A DNA stretch of 64,000 nucleotides, taken from NCBI GenBank assembly GCA_964405385.1, contig CAYONS010000002.1:5019-69018 (forward strand), read 5' to 3'. This document shows positions 1-9,049 of this stretch, in pieces. Position 1 is the stretch's first letter; the number at the start of each line of letters is the position of its first letter. The notes below the pieces were generated by a model, which made no database searches, was not told the origin of the DNA, and was given only the letters and a program-made list of their open reading frames with translations. Position numbers and translations under genes: made by a program. The DNA comes from an uncultured Syntrophothermus sp. (lineage in GTDB: Bacteria > Bacillota > Syntrophomonadia > Syntrophomonadales > Syntrophothermaceae).

Positions 1-357
1 CGCCTGGCACAGCCTCCGGGTATAGGTGGCGATGCCGGACATGCGCTGAAGAAAGTTCAAAGCCACCCTCTCTCCCTGCAAAATAGCGCATGTCGGCCCT
101 TCGAGCCGGGCCACAATATCTTTGGGCTTGACCACGTCCCCGTCTTCGACGAGATTCTGAAAGTCAACCCCCGGGTCCAGCAAATGAAAAGTGCGCCGGG
201 CCACCTCTATCCCGGCGATGACACCTTCTTGTTTGGCGATAATGACCCCACGGCTCCGCTGGTCCGGAGGAACAATAGAGTCTGTCGTCAGGTCCCGGTA
301 ACCTATATCCTCCTGTAACGCCCGTTTTATGAGGTCATCCAAGTAAAGCTGTTCCAT
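1..357 (-). CDS. nadC: quinolinate phosphoribosyltransferase (nicotinate-nucleotide diphosphorylase), first 119 codons only; gene continues past the left edge
   Basis: Manual minus-strand translation from ATG 355-357 gives MEQLYLDDLIKRALQEDIGYRDLTTDSIVPPDQRSRGVIIAKQEGVIAGIEVARRTFHL. This is NadC-like. A GGGGGTGA SD lies upstream. The gene follows nadA-nadB. Confidence 0.8.
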   Translation of the reverse strand, partial: MEQLYLDDLIKRALQEDIGYRDLTTDSIVPPDQRSRGVIIAKQEGVIAGIEVARRTFHLLDPGVDFQNLVEDGDVVKPKDIVARLEGPTCAILQGERVALNFLQRMSGIATYTRRLCQA

Positions 358-449
358 TCGTTTCACCCCCGCCGCCTCTACACACAGGCCAACTCGGATT
401 CAAGAATACGTTCTTAGGCCGGGTTCCGTCAATAGCCATAGGTTTTGCG

Positions 450-2048
450 CTAGTAAGCCATGAACGAAAGGTGCTTCAACCACAGCACGTCGTCCGGCAC
501 CGGGTAATCGCGGCGAAAGTGGGCTCCCCTGCTTTCCCGGCGCCACAGCGCCGCTTGGGTGATGACCTTGGCCGTGATGAGCATGTTGACCACTTCATAG
601 TACATCAAGATGTCGTCTCCCACGGCCAGGCGGCTGTATAGATCTTCGATTATGGCTGCTGCTTTTTTCAGCCCGATTTCATCCCTTATTATACCCACAT
701 GTTCCCACATGGTTTCTTTTACGGCGGCGAGGGCCTTGTCCGGGGTTATGTAATCCCGCCCGCTGTACGGCACCAGCACCCATTCCCGGTCAAAATTCTT
801 TACCACTTCGTCAAAGCTAACCTTGTTCTTCCACAACATATGCTCGGCGCTGTTGACTATACGCTGGCCGAAGACTATGCCCTCCAGAAGGGAGTTGCTC
901 GCCAGGCGGTTCGCGCCGTGAACCCCGGTGCAAGCCACCTCTCCGCAGGAATACAGGCCGAAAACCCCGGTTGCACCGTTGATATCGGTCTTGATCCCTC
1001 CCATCATGTAATGGGCCGCCGGTGATACCGGTATCATCTCCCGGGCCGGGTCAAACCCGCGGGCCAGACAGTTTCTATATATATTGGGGAATCGTTCCGT
1101 AAGGTTGGGGATGGAACGCATGTCCAGATACACGTGATCCGTGCCGCTTGCCGTCATCTCGCTCCATATGGCCCTGGCGACGATATCCCGGGGAGCCAGT
1201 TCCGCCAGTGAGTGATACCGGGTCATAAACCTTTCTCCTTTTTGATTGAAAAGGAGCCCCCCTTCGCCCCTGACGGCTTCAGAAATAAGGAAACGGCGGG
1301 GCTCGTCCGTGGCCAGAACCGTAGGATGGAACTGCACGAACTCCATGTCCGTCAGCTCGCAGCCCGCCCGGAAGGCCGCCCCCAGACCGTCGGCAGTAGC
1401 TATTTCCGGATTGGTCGTGTATTTATAGAGCTGACCGGCGCCCCCTGTGCATATGATAACCGCCCTCGCCAGAAAAACCGCTTTTTCCCGGCGGTTCGCG
1501 TCATAGACGAGAGCCCCTTCGCAGCGGTTCTCTACAGTAAGAATGTCTATCAAGAAGTGGTCTTCCAGAACCGGTATCGATTTTTCCATGCACTTTCCCA
1601 CCAAGGCCTGGCGTATGGCTTCTCCGGTGGCATCGGCAGCATGTAAAATGCGGGCTTTGCTGTGAGCCGCCTCTCGAGTCAGGCGAACCGCGCCGTCTAC
1701 GGTGTCAAAACGCGCTCCCATGGCCATGAGCTCCCGCACCCGCTCCGGCCCTTCGGTCACCAGTACGTTTACCGCCGCCGGGTCGCACAAACCGGCTCCG
1801 GCTTCAAGGGTATCCTCCAGATGCAAAAAAGGGGAATCTTCCTCGTGTACCGCCGCTGCGATTCCCCCTTGAGCCAGACCGGTGTTCGAATCTTCTATCT
1901 TCTTTTTGGTCAGGACCGTAACCTGCCCCAGGTCACACGCCTTCAGGGCCGTGAAAAGCCCGGCTATCCCGCTGCCGATAACCAAGAAATCAGTGGTGTA
2001 TACCGGTATGTCCGGAGTTACGTCGGAAATGTACCTGGTGGTAATCAT
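450..2048 (-). CDS. nadB: L-aspartate oxidase
   Basis: 532-aa ORF with an FAD fold (DFLVIGSGIAGL) and fumarate-reductase-type flavoprotein motifs (RGEGG, HYMMGG). It sits in a nadA-nadB-nadC arrangement. Confidence 0.93.
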   Translation of the reverse strand: MITTRYISDVTPDIPVYTTDFLVIGSGIAGLFTALKACDLGQVTVLTKKKIEDSNTGLAQGGIAAAVHEEDSPFLHLEDTLEAGAGLCDPAAVNVLVTEGPERVRELMAMGARFDTVDGAVRLTREAAHSKARILHAADATGEAIRQALVGKCMEKSIPVLEDHFLIDILTVENRCEGALVYDANRREKAVFLARAVIICTGGAGQLYKYTTNPEIATADGLGAAFRAGCELTDMEFVQFHPTVLATDEPRRFLISEAVRGEGGLLFNQKGERFMTRYHSLAELAPRDIVARAIWSEMTASGTDHVYLDMRSIPNLTERFPNIYRNCLARGFDPAREMIPVSPAAHYMMGGIKTDINGATGVFGLYSCGEVACTGVHGANRLASNSLLEGIVFGQRIVNSAEHMLWKNKVSFDEVVKNFDREWVLVPYSGRDYITPDKALAAVKETMWEHVGIIRDEIGLKKAAAIIEDLYSRLAVGDDILMYYEVVNMLITAKVITQAALWRRESRGAHFRRDYPVPDDVLWLKHLSFMAY

Positions 2049-2091
2049 GAAAATACATCTCTTTCCCCGAAATTGTCTGAATCTCGTCGGT

Positions 2092-3015
2092 TCAGCGCAA
2101 CTGGATCATCCGCTCAAGCGCCCGGTATGCCTTTTTGCGTATATCCTCGGGAACTTCGATCCGGGGTTCCAGCATACCCAAGGCCTGCACCAACTTATCA
2201 ACAGTAGTCAACTTCATGTCAGGGCACACGAACTCCGAGCGAACCAGGTAAAATTCGCGGTCAGGGTACCGCTTCCTCAACTGGTACATAAGCCCTTCTT
2301 CCGTGCCTATTATAAACTCGCGGGCGGCAAGCCGGCCGGCCATCTCCAGTATGCCGGCGGTGGAAAGCGCGTAATCGGAATGAGCGACCACCTCCGGCGG
2401 GCATTCGGGATGAACCAGCACCACCGCCTCAGGGTGCTGCCGCTTGGCCTCCATCAATTCTTCCAGTGTAACCCGATGGTGCACCGGGCAGTACCCCTCC
2501 CACAAGATGATGTCCCGCTTAGTCTGCCTGGCTACGTAGTCCCCGAGATTCTTATCGGGAACGAACAGAATAGGGAGGTCCGGGGACAGCGAGTTGACTA
2601 CTTTAACAGCATTGGAAGAAGTGCAGCATATGTCGCTTTCCGCCTTCACCTCGGCCGAGGAGTTGACGTAACACACCACCTGCACCCCGGGTATCTCCTG
2701 CCTTTTCTTCCTCAGGGCTTCTGCCGTGGCCATGTCGACCATGGGGCAGCCCGCCTGCGGTTCCGGCAGAATGACCGTGCGATTCGGGTTGAGGATTTTC
2801 GCGCTTTCTGCCATGAACCTTACGCCGCAGAATACGATCACATCGGCTGTAGTCTGGGCTGCCTGCACCGCCAGCTGCAGAGAATCGCCCACGTAATCGG
2901 CGAGTTCCTGTATCTCCGGCCTCTGGTAGAAATGAGCCAGGATGACCGCATTCAGCTCCTCTTTTCTTTTTCTAATGTATTCTGCCTGTTCCCGATATTC
3001 TTCTAGGACTTTCAC
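2092..3015 (-). CDS. nadA: quinolinate synthase
   Basis: 307-aa ORF with typical NadA length and sequence (ILAHFYQ, VHPECP), adjacent to nadB. Confidence 0.93.
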   Translation of the reverse strand: MKVLEEYREQAEYIRKRKEELNAVILAHFYQRPEIQELADYVGDSLQLAVQAAQTTADVIVFCGVRFMAESAKILNPNRTVILPEPQAGCPMVDMATAEALRKKRQEIPGVQVVCYVNSSAEVKAESDICCTSSNAVKVVNSLSPDLPILFVPDKNLGDYVARQTKRDIILWEGYCPVHHRVTLEELMEAKRQHPEAVVLVHPECPPEVVAHSDYALSTAGILEMAGRLAAREFIIGTEEGLMYQLRKRYPDREFYLVRSEFVCPDMKLTTVDKLVQALGMLEPRIEVPEDIRKKAYRALERMIQLR

Positions 3016-3035
3016 CGGCTACTGCTCCTTTTTTA

Positions 3036-3425
3036 TCATTCGTACTGACCCTGTTGTTCGTACCGCCCCCGACATACTTTCTTAATGCGGTTATTCTCAT
3101 CGACAAACACCAGGGTCGGCTCCCACTCACGCGCCTTTTCGTCGGCCATAGCCGCGTAGGTTATGATAATTATCACGTCGCCTTTTTGCACCATCCGGGC
3201 TGCGGCCCCGTTCAGGCATATTACGCCCGAATCGCGCTCCCCTTCGATGACATAGGTTTCAAACCGAGCTCCGTTGTTGTTGTTCACTACCTGAACCTTT
3301 TCGTTAGGCAGGATGTCTGCCGCTTCCATCAGGGTTTTGTCTATAGTAATGCTTCCCACATAATTGAGGTCCGCCTCGGTCACCACCGCCCGGTGAATCT
3401 TGGACTTCATCAGTGTGCGGAACAC
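3036..3425 (-). CDS. panD: aspartate 1-decarboxylase
   Basis: 129 aa. [29 protein letters not shown] contains the G-S self-processing site. It lies next to panC and panB. Confidence 0.95.
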   Translation of the reverse strand: MFRTLMKSKIHRAVVTEADLNYVGSITIDKTLMEAADILPNEKVQVVNNNNGARFETYVIEGERDSGVICLNGAAARMVQKGDVIIIITYAAMADEKAREWEPTLVFVDENNRIKKVCRGRYEQQGQYE

Positions 3426-3428
3426 CGG

Positions 3429-4277
3429 TTACACCTCCAAAAGAAGGTTATCTATGAGCCTCGTTTTGCCAACCCGTACGGCCAAAGCTACCAGCACCTT
3501 GCCTCGGATCTCTGCCAAATCGCTGAGGTCTTCGCCGCTGACTATCTCGACATAGTCGATCTGGGTATACGGCTTGGAATTGATGAGATCGACCATGGCT
3601 TCCTTCACCTTATTCACATGCGTCTCTCCGCTTTCGATCATCTCCCGGGCTAAGGCCAGGGCCTGGGACAGCACCAAGGCTGATTTTCTTTCCTCTTCAT
3701 TCAGGTATACGTTTCGAGAACTCATGGCCAGCCCGTCCGGTTCGCGGACTATGGGACACCTGACAATCCTCAGAGGGAAATTCAGTTCTCTCGTCATTTT
3801 CTCGATGATCATGGCCTGCTGGGCGTCTTTCTGTCCGAAATACGCAACTTCCGGCAAGCAGATGTTGAACAGTTTGCTGACAACCGTGGTCACGCCTTTA
3901 AAATGCCCCGGACGCGATTTACCGCACAGTTTGGCGGTGATCTCTCCCCCTACTTCAACTGTGGTCGAGTAACCCTGGGGATACATTTCCTTGACGCTCG
4001 GGGCAAATACCGCATCAACCCCCTCTTTCTCCAGCAACGCTGTATCCCGGGAAAGATCCCGCGGATATTCCTCGTAGTCCTCGCCTACCCCAAACTGCAG
4101 AGGATTAACGAAGATGCTCACTATGACCACATCGCACTCAGCCTTGGCCCTCCTGACTAAGGAGAGGTGACCGTCATGGAGATAACCCATGGTAGGCACG
4201 AGGCCAATCTTCTTCCCCAACCGCTTGGCCTGCAGGCTGTATTCCTGCATATCTTGAACTCTGGTAAATACTTGCAT
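3429..4277 (-). CDS. panC: pantoate--beta-alanine ligase
   Basis: 282 aa. Contains VPTMGYLHDGHLSLV (HIGH-type motif) and FGQKDAQQ. Confidence 0.95.
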   Translation of the reverse strand: MQVFTRVQDMQEYSLQAKRLGKKIGLVPTMGYLHDGHLSLVRRAKAECDVVIVSIFVNPLQFGVGEDYEEYPRDLSRDTALLEKEGVDAVFAPSVKEMYPQGYSTTVEVGGEITAKLCGKSRPGHFKGVTTVVSKLFNICLPEVAYFGQKDAQQAMIIEKMTRELNFPLRIVRCPIVREPDGLAMSSRNVYLNEEERKSALVLSQALALAREMIESGETHVNKVKEAMVDLINSKPYTQIDYVEIVSGEDLSDLAEIRGKVLVALAVRVGKTRLIDNLLLEV

Positions 4278-4291
4278 TATCGCTCCCCCAC

Positions 4292-5131
4292 CTAGTAAAG
4301 TTTCTCCAAGACTTCGTCGTTAATGGCAAAACAGTGTTCGGGACCGGGAAATATGCCTTTCTCTACTTCTTCCTTGTACTGGCGGAGGGCGTCCAGTATA
4401 AGCGGGTTGAGGTTCGCGAATTTCTTGACGAACTTAGGTGTAAACCCCCCGTAAAGCCCCAGCATGTCGTTTATCACCAGTACCTGCCCGTCGCAACCGG
4501 GTCCTGCCCCTATGCCGATGGTCGGAACCGAAACCTCTGCCGTAATCCTCTCGGCCAGGGCTGCGGGCACGCACTCCAGAACTATGGCGAACACTCCGGC
4601 AGCTTCAAGAGCCTTGGCATCGCGCAGGAGCTTTCTTGCCGTTTCCACGTCTTTGCCCTGAACCTTGAATCCGCCGAACTGGTGCACGGACTGGGGAGTG
4701 AGACCGATATGTCCCATCACCGGTATCTGGGCGTCGAGTACCGCTTTAATGGTATCGACCCTCTCCTCGCCCCCTTCCAGCTTAACCGCCTGGGCTCCGC
4801 CTTCTTGAATAAACCGGCCCGCGTTCCGCACCGCCTCCTCGATGCTCACATGGTACGACAAAAACGGCATATCCCCTACCAACAAGCTGTTCTTCGTACC
4901 TCTGGCAACCGCCTTGGTGTGATGAATCATGTCGTCCATCGTCACCGGTAAAGTGGTCTCATAGCCCAACACCACGTTGCCCAGCGAGTCTCCTACCAGG
5001 ATAACATCTATTCCGGCTTGATCGACCATCATCGCCGTTGAGTAATCGTACGCGGTCAACATGGTTATCTTTTCTTTTTTAGCTTTCTTTTCCTTTAACA
5101 AGGTAGTAGTAACACGCGGCACATTATCCAC
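4292..5131 (-). CDS. panB: 3-methyl-2-oxobutanoate hydroxymethyltransferase
   Basis: 279 aa. Contains MLTAYDY, LVGDSLG and HIGLTPQS, which are KPHMT family signatures. Confidence 0.95.
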   Translation of the reverse strand: MDNVPRVTTTLLKEKKAKKEKITMLTAYDYSTAMMVDQAGIDVILVGDSLGNVVLGYETTLPVTMDDMIHHTKAVARGTKNSLLVGDMPFLSYHVSIEEAVRNAGRFIQEGGAQAVKLEGGEERVDTIKAVLDAQIPVMGHIGLTPQSVHQFGGFKVQGKDVETARKLLRDAKALEAAGVFAIVLECVPAALAERITAEVSVPTIGIGAGPGCDGQVLVINDMLGLYGGFTPKFVKKFANLNPLILDALRQYKEEVEKGIFPGPEHCFAINDEVLEKLY

Positions 5132-5159
5132 TCCTTATCGTACTTCCAGGCCTGCCTCG

Positions 5160-6032
5160 TCAGTCTGCGGTAAGCAGCCGCTTTAAAGCCGAGGCAGTTT
5201 CATCATCAATCGTTCCCTTGGCCCGGGCCACGTCAACAGTGTGATAGCCCAGAACCCGGTACAGCCCCAGCCATTCCGGCACCATATCCTGCATGGAGTC
5301 CAGGTGGCGGGCCACCGTAGTCATGTCCCCCCGGGCGATCGGCCCGGTGAGAGCCATTGGTATCCCTATATTAACAATATTGTTAATTGTTCCCTCAATA
5401 AGAGGCAACAACGCTTTTTGCGCTGATTCCCGGGGTATTCCGGCCTTTTCCATCAGCCGGAGCCCGAAGTCCACCAGAGTGACCAAGTAGTTCGATACCA
5501 CGCAGGCGCTCGCGTGGTACAAAGGCTTGGCCTTCTTGTCGATAAAGAAAAACTCACCTCCCAGAGACCTGACTATCTGTCCCGCCAGATCAAAGCCCTC
5601 TTTGTCGCCCTCGATGCTGAATACCGATCCCGGCAGGTTCTCCAAGGCCCTTTGCACATTGGCAAACGACTGAACAGGGTGGATAGATAGAACCGTCGCC
5701 CCCTGCTCGCGAGCCGCCCACAACACGTCCGAACTGTGAGCTCCGCTCATGTGGACCACTACCTGCCCTTCTGTAAAACCTCCTTCCTTCGCTATTTCCC
5801 GTGCCACCTCTTCGATCGCCGAGTCTGAAGTGGTAATAAAAAGGATATCCGCCGAGCGTGAAACCTCCGCGGGGCAAGCCCTGACGCGGGCTTCTGTTTC
5901 TTCTGCCAAAATACGAGTAGACTCAGGACGCACGTCGTAAACCCCTGTAATCTCCCATCCCTGGCGATAAAGAATAACCCCCACCGCGGTTCCTACCACT
6001 CCCGCCCCTACAATACCGACCCTCTTTTTCAC
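5160..6032 (-). CDS. Rossmann-fold NAD(P)-binding DUF2520-type protein (possible ketopantoate reductase of the pan operon)
   Basis: 290 aa with GIVGAGVVG at the N-terminus. GTG start with a GAGGAGG SD. The reductase role is inferred only from its position directly upstream of panBCD. Confidence 0.7.
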   Translation of the reverse strand: MKKRVGIVGAGVVGTAVGVILYRQGWEITGVYDVRPESTRILAEETEARVRACPAEVSRSADILFITTSDSAIEEVAREIAKEGGFTEGQVVVHMSGAHSSDVLWAAREQGATVLSIHPVQSFANVQRALENLPGSVFSIEGDKEGFDLAGQIVRSLGGEFFFIDKKAKPLYHASACVVSNYLVTLVDFGLRLMEKAGIPRESAQKALLPLIEGTINNIVNIGIPMALTGPIARGDMTTVARHLDSMQDMVPEWLGLYRVLGYHTVDVARAKGTIDDETASALKRLLTAD

Positions 6033-6179
6033 CGATATTTAACCTCCTCATGTCCTGTACGGAAACCCGGTCTCGCGGGTTCCCACCTCTCTTACGTCTC
6101 GCTCCCAGATCCGCTTGACTAAGGATACGAGCATCTGACACTGAAGATCAGGGCTATGGCGGGAGATACCGTATTCTTT

Positions 6180-7202
6180 TTACCCGTTCTTAATGTTTCG
6201 TTGACTCATTTTATCACAGGAAAGTTTTTTTATACAACCGGTTTCATGTTTTTTGGCAAGATTTTCCCAGACAGTTTGAATCCGCTTCCCGTCGGGAAGA
6301 ACGGCATCAGGATCAACCTCCAGCAACGGAACCAGTACAAAGGCTCGCTCCTTGAGCCGGGGATGCGGCACTGTGAGTTCGGCGGTACTAATTTCCCGGT
6401 CACCGAACAGCAGAATATCGATATCGATGATCCTAGGCCCCCATTTTTCTCCCCGGACGCGCCCCATTCTCTCTTCAATGGCAAGAATCTGTCTCAAGAG
6501 CTCGCGGGGATCGAGGTCGGTTGCAACCGCCAACACTTGATTGACAAATTGATCCTGATCCCGCTTGCCCCACGGATCGGTCAAGTAAAAGGACGACTCC
6601 TTAACCACGGTGATGCGCCCGTCCTCCTCAAGAAGCCTTTTGGCCTCCTTCAGGTTCCCGCACTTGTCGCCCATATTCGATCCCAACCCGAGGTAAACCA
6701 ACTCCTTCCCATGAAGCCGCGTATCACTGGAGGCGTCGGAAACGCAAGGGGACGGTTCTTCTGTGTCACATTGCAATTCAACACAGAAAAGCCGTCCCCG
6801 TATGTCACAGGCCTTCATCGTATGCTCGCTTTTCTCAGTATCTCTTTGAACTTCCCGGTAAATAGTCACGCCTACGTATTCCACCGGCCCCGGCATGGGA
6901 GCCCGCGGCTTCCTGACGGTGATTTCCACTGCCCTTACCCGGTGTTCCTGCATAATGCGCCGGGCCAGGTTCTCGGCCAGGGTCTCAACCAGATTCACCT
7001 GGGTACCCTCGACCACGCGCCGTGCGGTTTCGTAGACAGCCGCGTAATCCACTGTATCTTCTATGCGGTCAGTGCCCGCCGCCGGCCCGGTGTCCACGTA
7101 CAGGACCGCGTCCACCAGGAACGGCTGTTTGCTCCTGCGTTCTTCTGGAAGAACCCCGTGGCTCCCCCAGAATTCCATGCCCGCAAGGATGAGCTTGTCC
7201 AT
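6180..7202 (-). CDS. folBK: bifunctional dihydroneopterin aldolase / 2-amino-4-hydroxy-6-hydroxymethyldihydropteridine diphosphokinase (FolB-FolK fusion)
   Basis: 340 aa. Residues 1-118 are FolB-like (GMEFWGSHGVLPEE). Residues ~168-340 are FolK-like (VYLGLGSNMGD, IIDIDILLF). A ~50-aa Cys-rich linker joins them. Confidence 0.85.
   Translation of the reverse strand: MDKLILAGMEFWGSHGVLPEERRSKQPFLVDAVLYVDTGPAAGTDRIEDTVDYAAVYETARRVVEGTQVNLVETLAENLARRIMQEHRVRAVEITVRKPRAPMPGPVEYVGVTIYREVQRDTEKSEHTMKACDIRGRLFCVELQCDTEEPSPCVSDASSDTRLHGKELVYLGLGSNMGDKCGNLKEAKRLLEEDGRITVVKESSFYLTDPWGKRDQDQFVNQVLAVATDLDPRELLRQILAIEERMGRVRGEKWGPRIIDIDILLFGDREISTAELTVPHPRLKERAFVLVPLLEVDPDAVLPDGKRIQTVWENLAKKHETGCIKKLSCDKMSQRNIKNG
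6743..6804. repeat. degenerate copy of the 17514-type palindrome, embedded in frame in the folB-folK linker
   Basis: GGGGACGGTTCTTCTGTGT (6748-6766) and ACACAGAAAAGCCGTCCCC (6781-6799) are 17/19 complementary. The left arm matches 17520-17543 at 23/24 positions. Confidence 0.8.
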
Positions 7203-7234
7203 CCGATCCTCCTGCGTCTAATAATACCTATGGC

Positions 7235-8437
7235 CTATTTTACGGCGTCGGCGATGGCTGCGGCCCGTTTTGTCTCCTTTACATCGTGCACTCTCAGGAT
7301 GTCGGCCCCGTTGAGGATGCCGATGACTGCCGCCGCCAGACTGCCTTCAAGCCTTTCCTCGACCGGCAGGTTCAGGGCCATGCCGATAAAAGACTTACGG
7401 GAAGCCCCCAAAAGCAGGGGATAGCCCAGGCTCTTAAACTCGCGCAGCCGTTTCAGTATGACGAAATTTTCCTCCCCGATCTTCCCGAACCCTATGCCGG
7501 GGTCGAGGATTATACCCTCCCGCGCAATCCCAGCCTCTCGGGCTTTTGCCAGGGATGCCTGTAAATCCTCCATCATCTCGTCAATGAGGTTATGGTAGCC
7601 TTCGGCAGGACGGTTGGGCATCCGGTTGTGCATGATGACGACAGGAGCTCGGAACCGGGCAACCACTCGGGCCATTTCTTCGTCAAACATCAGGCCCCCG
7701 ACGTCGTTTACGATGTCGGCCCCGGCTTCGAGGCACAGCCGTGCCACATCCGCACGGTATGTATCCACAGACACAGGAATATCAAGCTCCCCGGCTAACC
7801 GCTCGAGGACCGGAAGTACTCGGGAAATCTCTTCTTCCGCCGGTACCGGGACATGTCCCGGCCGGGTGGACATGCCTCCGATGTCGATTATGTCGGCTCC
7901 TTCTTCCTTCATGGCGAAAGCCCTCTCAACGGCCGCTTCTGGCTCGAGATACCTGCCCCCGTCGGAAAACGAATCGGGAGTAACATTGAGTATGCCCATG
8001 ATCAACGTCCGTCCTCCCAGAACCAATTGCCGGTTACGGGGAAGCTCTATAACCCTCGGTCCCGCCTCATCAAGGAAAGACAGCATTTCGCTCAACTCAT
8101 CCGCTACTTTCTTCAGGCCGAAGGGCTGGGCGCGCAGTTTCTTTATCAGCTGCTGGTAATGCCGCAAGGTGCCTAAAAGCAAGACATCGGTGGTTCCCTG
8201 TCCCGTCACTGTGCCCCTCTTGACCGCGGCTTCTCCGCCTTTGGACAGCATCTCCTGCTTGATGATATTAGCCGCGGGACAAGGAATATCAAGAAGTTTG
8301 ACCGCTCGGAAAACGGCCTTCGGTATCATCCAGCGGACCCCTGCTTCGTCAGCTCCTACTTCTCTCAGGAACTGTTCGGCCTCCCGCCGGTCTCGAATTA
8401 TGACCACGTGCCCCTTCCTCATTCTCGATGTCCCCAC
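7235..8437 (-). CDS. folP: dihydropteroate synthase with ~140-aa N-terminal extension
   Basis: 400 aa. The pterin-binding domain starts at IMGILNVTPDSFSDGG (residue ~146). DIGGMSTRPG and GASRKSF motifs are present. Confidence 0.9.
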   Translation of the reverse strand: MGTSRMRKGHVVIIRDRREAEQFLREVGADEAGVRWMIPKAVFRAVKLLDIPCPAANIIKQEMLSKGGEAAVKRGTVTGQGTTDVLLLGTLRHYQQLIKKLRAQPFGLKKVADELSEMLSFLDEAGPRVIELPRNRQLVLGGRTLIMGILNVTPDSFSDGGRYLEPEAAVERAFAMKEEGADIIDIGGMSTRPGHVPVPAEEEISRVLPVLERLAGELDIPVSVDTYRADVARLCLEAGADIVNDVGGLMFDEEMARVVARFRAPVVIMHNRMPNRPAEGYHNLIDEMMEDLQASLAKAREAGIAREGIILDPGIGFGKIGEENFVILKRLREFKSLGYPLLLGASRKSFIGMALNLPVEERLEGSLAAAVIGILNGADILRVHDVKETKRAAAIADAVK

Positions 8438-8448
8438 CTTCCGCTGCC

Positions 8449-8973
8449 CTAGTATACCAGCATGTCATGGCCGATTTCTTTGTTCTTGTACTTTAAACAG
8501 CGGTGGCGGTCTTCGCACAGGAAGCATATCCGGGAGAGGTTGTCTGCCCGGTACAGCCTCTCTCCCAAAAAGCTCATGTCTTTGCTTATATTCCGGTGTT
8601 CGTATATGGCTCGGGCTATTATCTCGACTTCGTTGTCGTTGAAATGCGCCCGGGGCAGTATCTCATGGGCTACCTCCGCCCCGATTACCGCATGGTCCTG
8701 GGCGGTCTTGTACTGTTTCCACTTGGCAATGTCATGGAGAAGCCCGGCGGCATAAATGACCTCTTTGGCCGCAAGCTTCCCGGAAAGCCGCGTCTCCCGG
8801 ATAAAGTATTCCAGGTCGTGGTGTTCTAATATCAGGATATAGGTGATCCGTGCCACGTCGATCATGTGCCGGAGATCGTGCTTGCAGTATTTCTCGTCTT
8901 CTTCCAGGTTCACGTTTTTCTCGATGTGTTCCATGTACAAGGGGTCCTTCAGCAGCAGTTCGATCCTTTTCAA
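8449..8973 (-). CDS. HD-domain phosphohydrolase family protein
   Basis: 174 aa with an H...HD...D pattern (CKHDLRHMIDV, LLHDIAK). Confidence 0.7.
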   Translation of the reverse strand: MKRIELLLKDPLYMEHIEKNVNLEEDEKYCKHDLRHMIDVARITYILILEHHDLEYFIRETRLSGKLAAKEVIYAAGLLHDIAKWKQYKTAQDHAVIGAEVAHEILPRAHFNDNEVEIIARAIYEHRNISKDMSFLGERLYRADNLSRICFLCEDRHRCLKYKNKEIGHDMLVY

Positions 8974-9049
8974 TTTCTAATCCCCCTCATGCCGGGCTGG
9001 TAGTTGTCTAATATTATATGATATGATGCAGGCCAGCTCATCCATGAAA

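Noticed and set aside
1882-3006. Long plus-strand ORF (374 aa) and similar long antisense ORFs at 6156..7424, 11767..13029, 38899..39657 and 43156..43782.
   Set aside because: Each lies entirely antisense to a confidently identified conserved gene (nadA/nadB, folBK/folP, ftsH, mfd, glmU). Their translations are low-complexity and Arg/Pro/Gly-rich, as expected for shadow ORFs in GC-rich coding DNA. I saw no SD or start context.
6033-6179. 147-nt leader upstream of the DUF2520-panBCD genes, considered as a pan-type or other riboswitch.
   Set aside because: There is only one modest hairpin (GGAAACCCG...CGGGTTCC) next to the SD, and no motif I can recognise. The folBK stop is close by, so this may simply be an operon-internal spacer.
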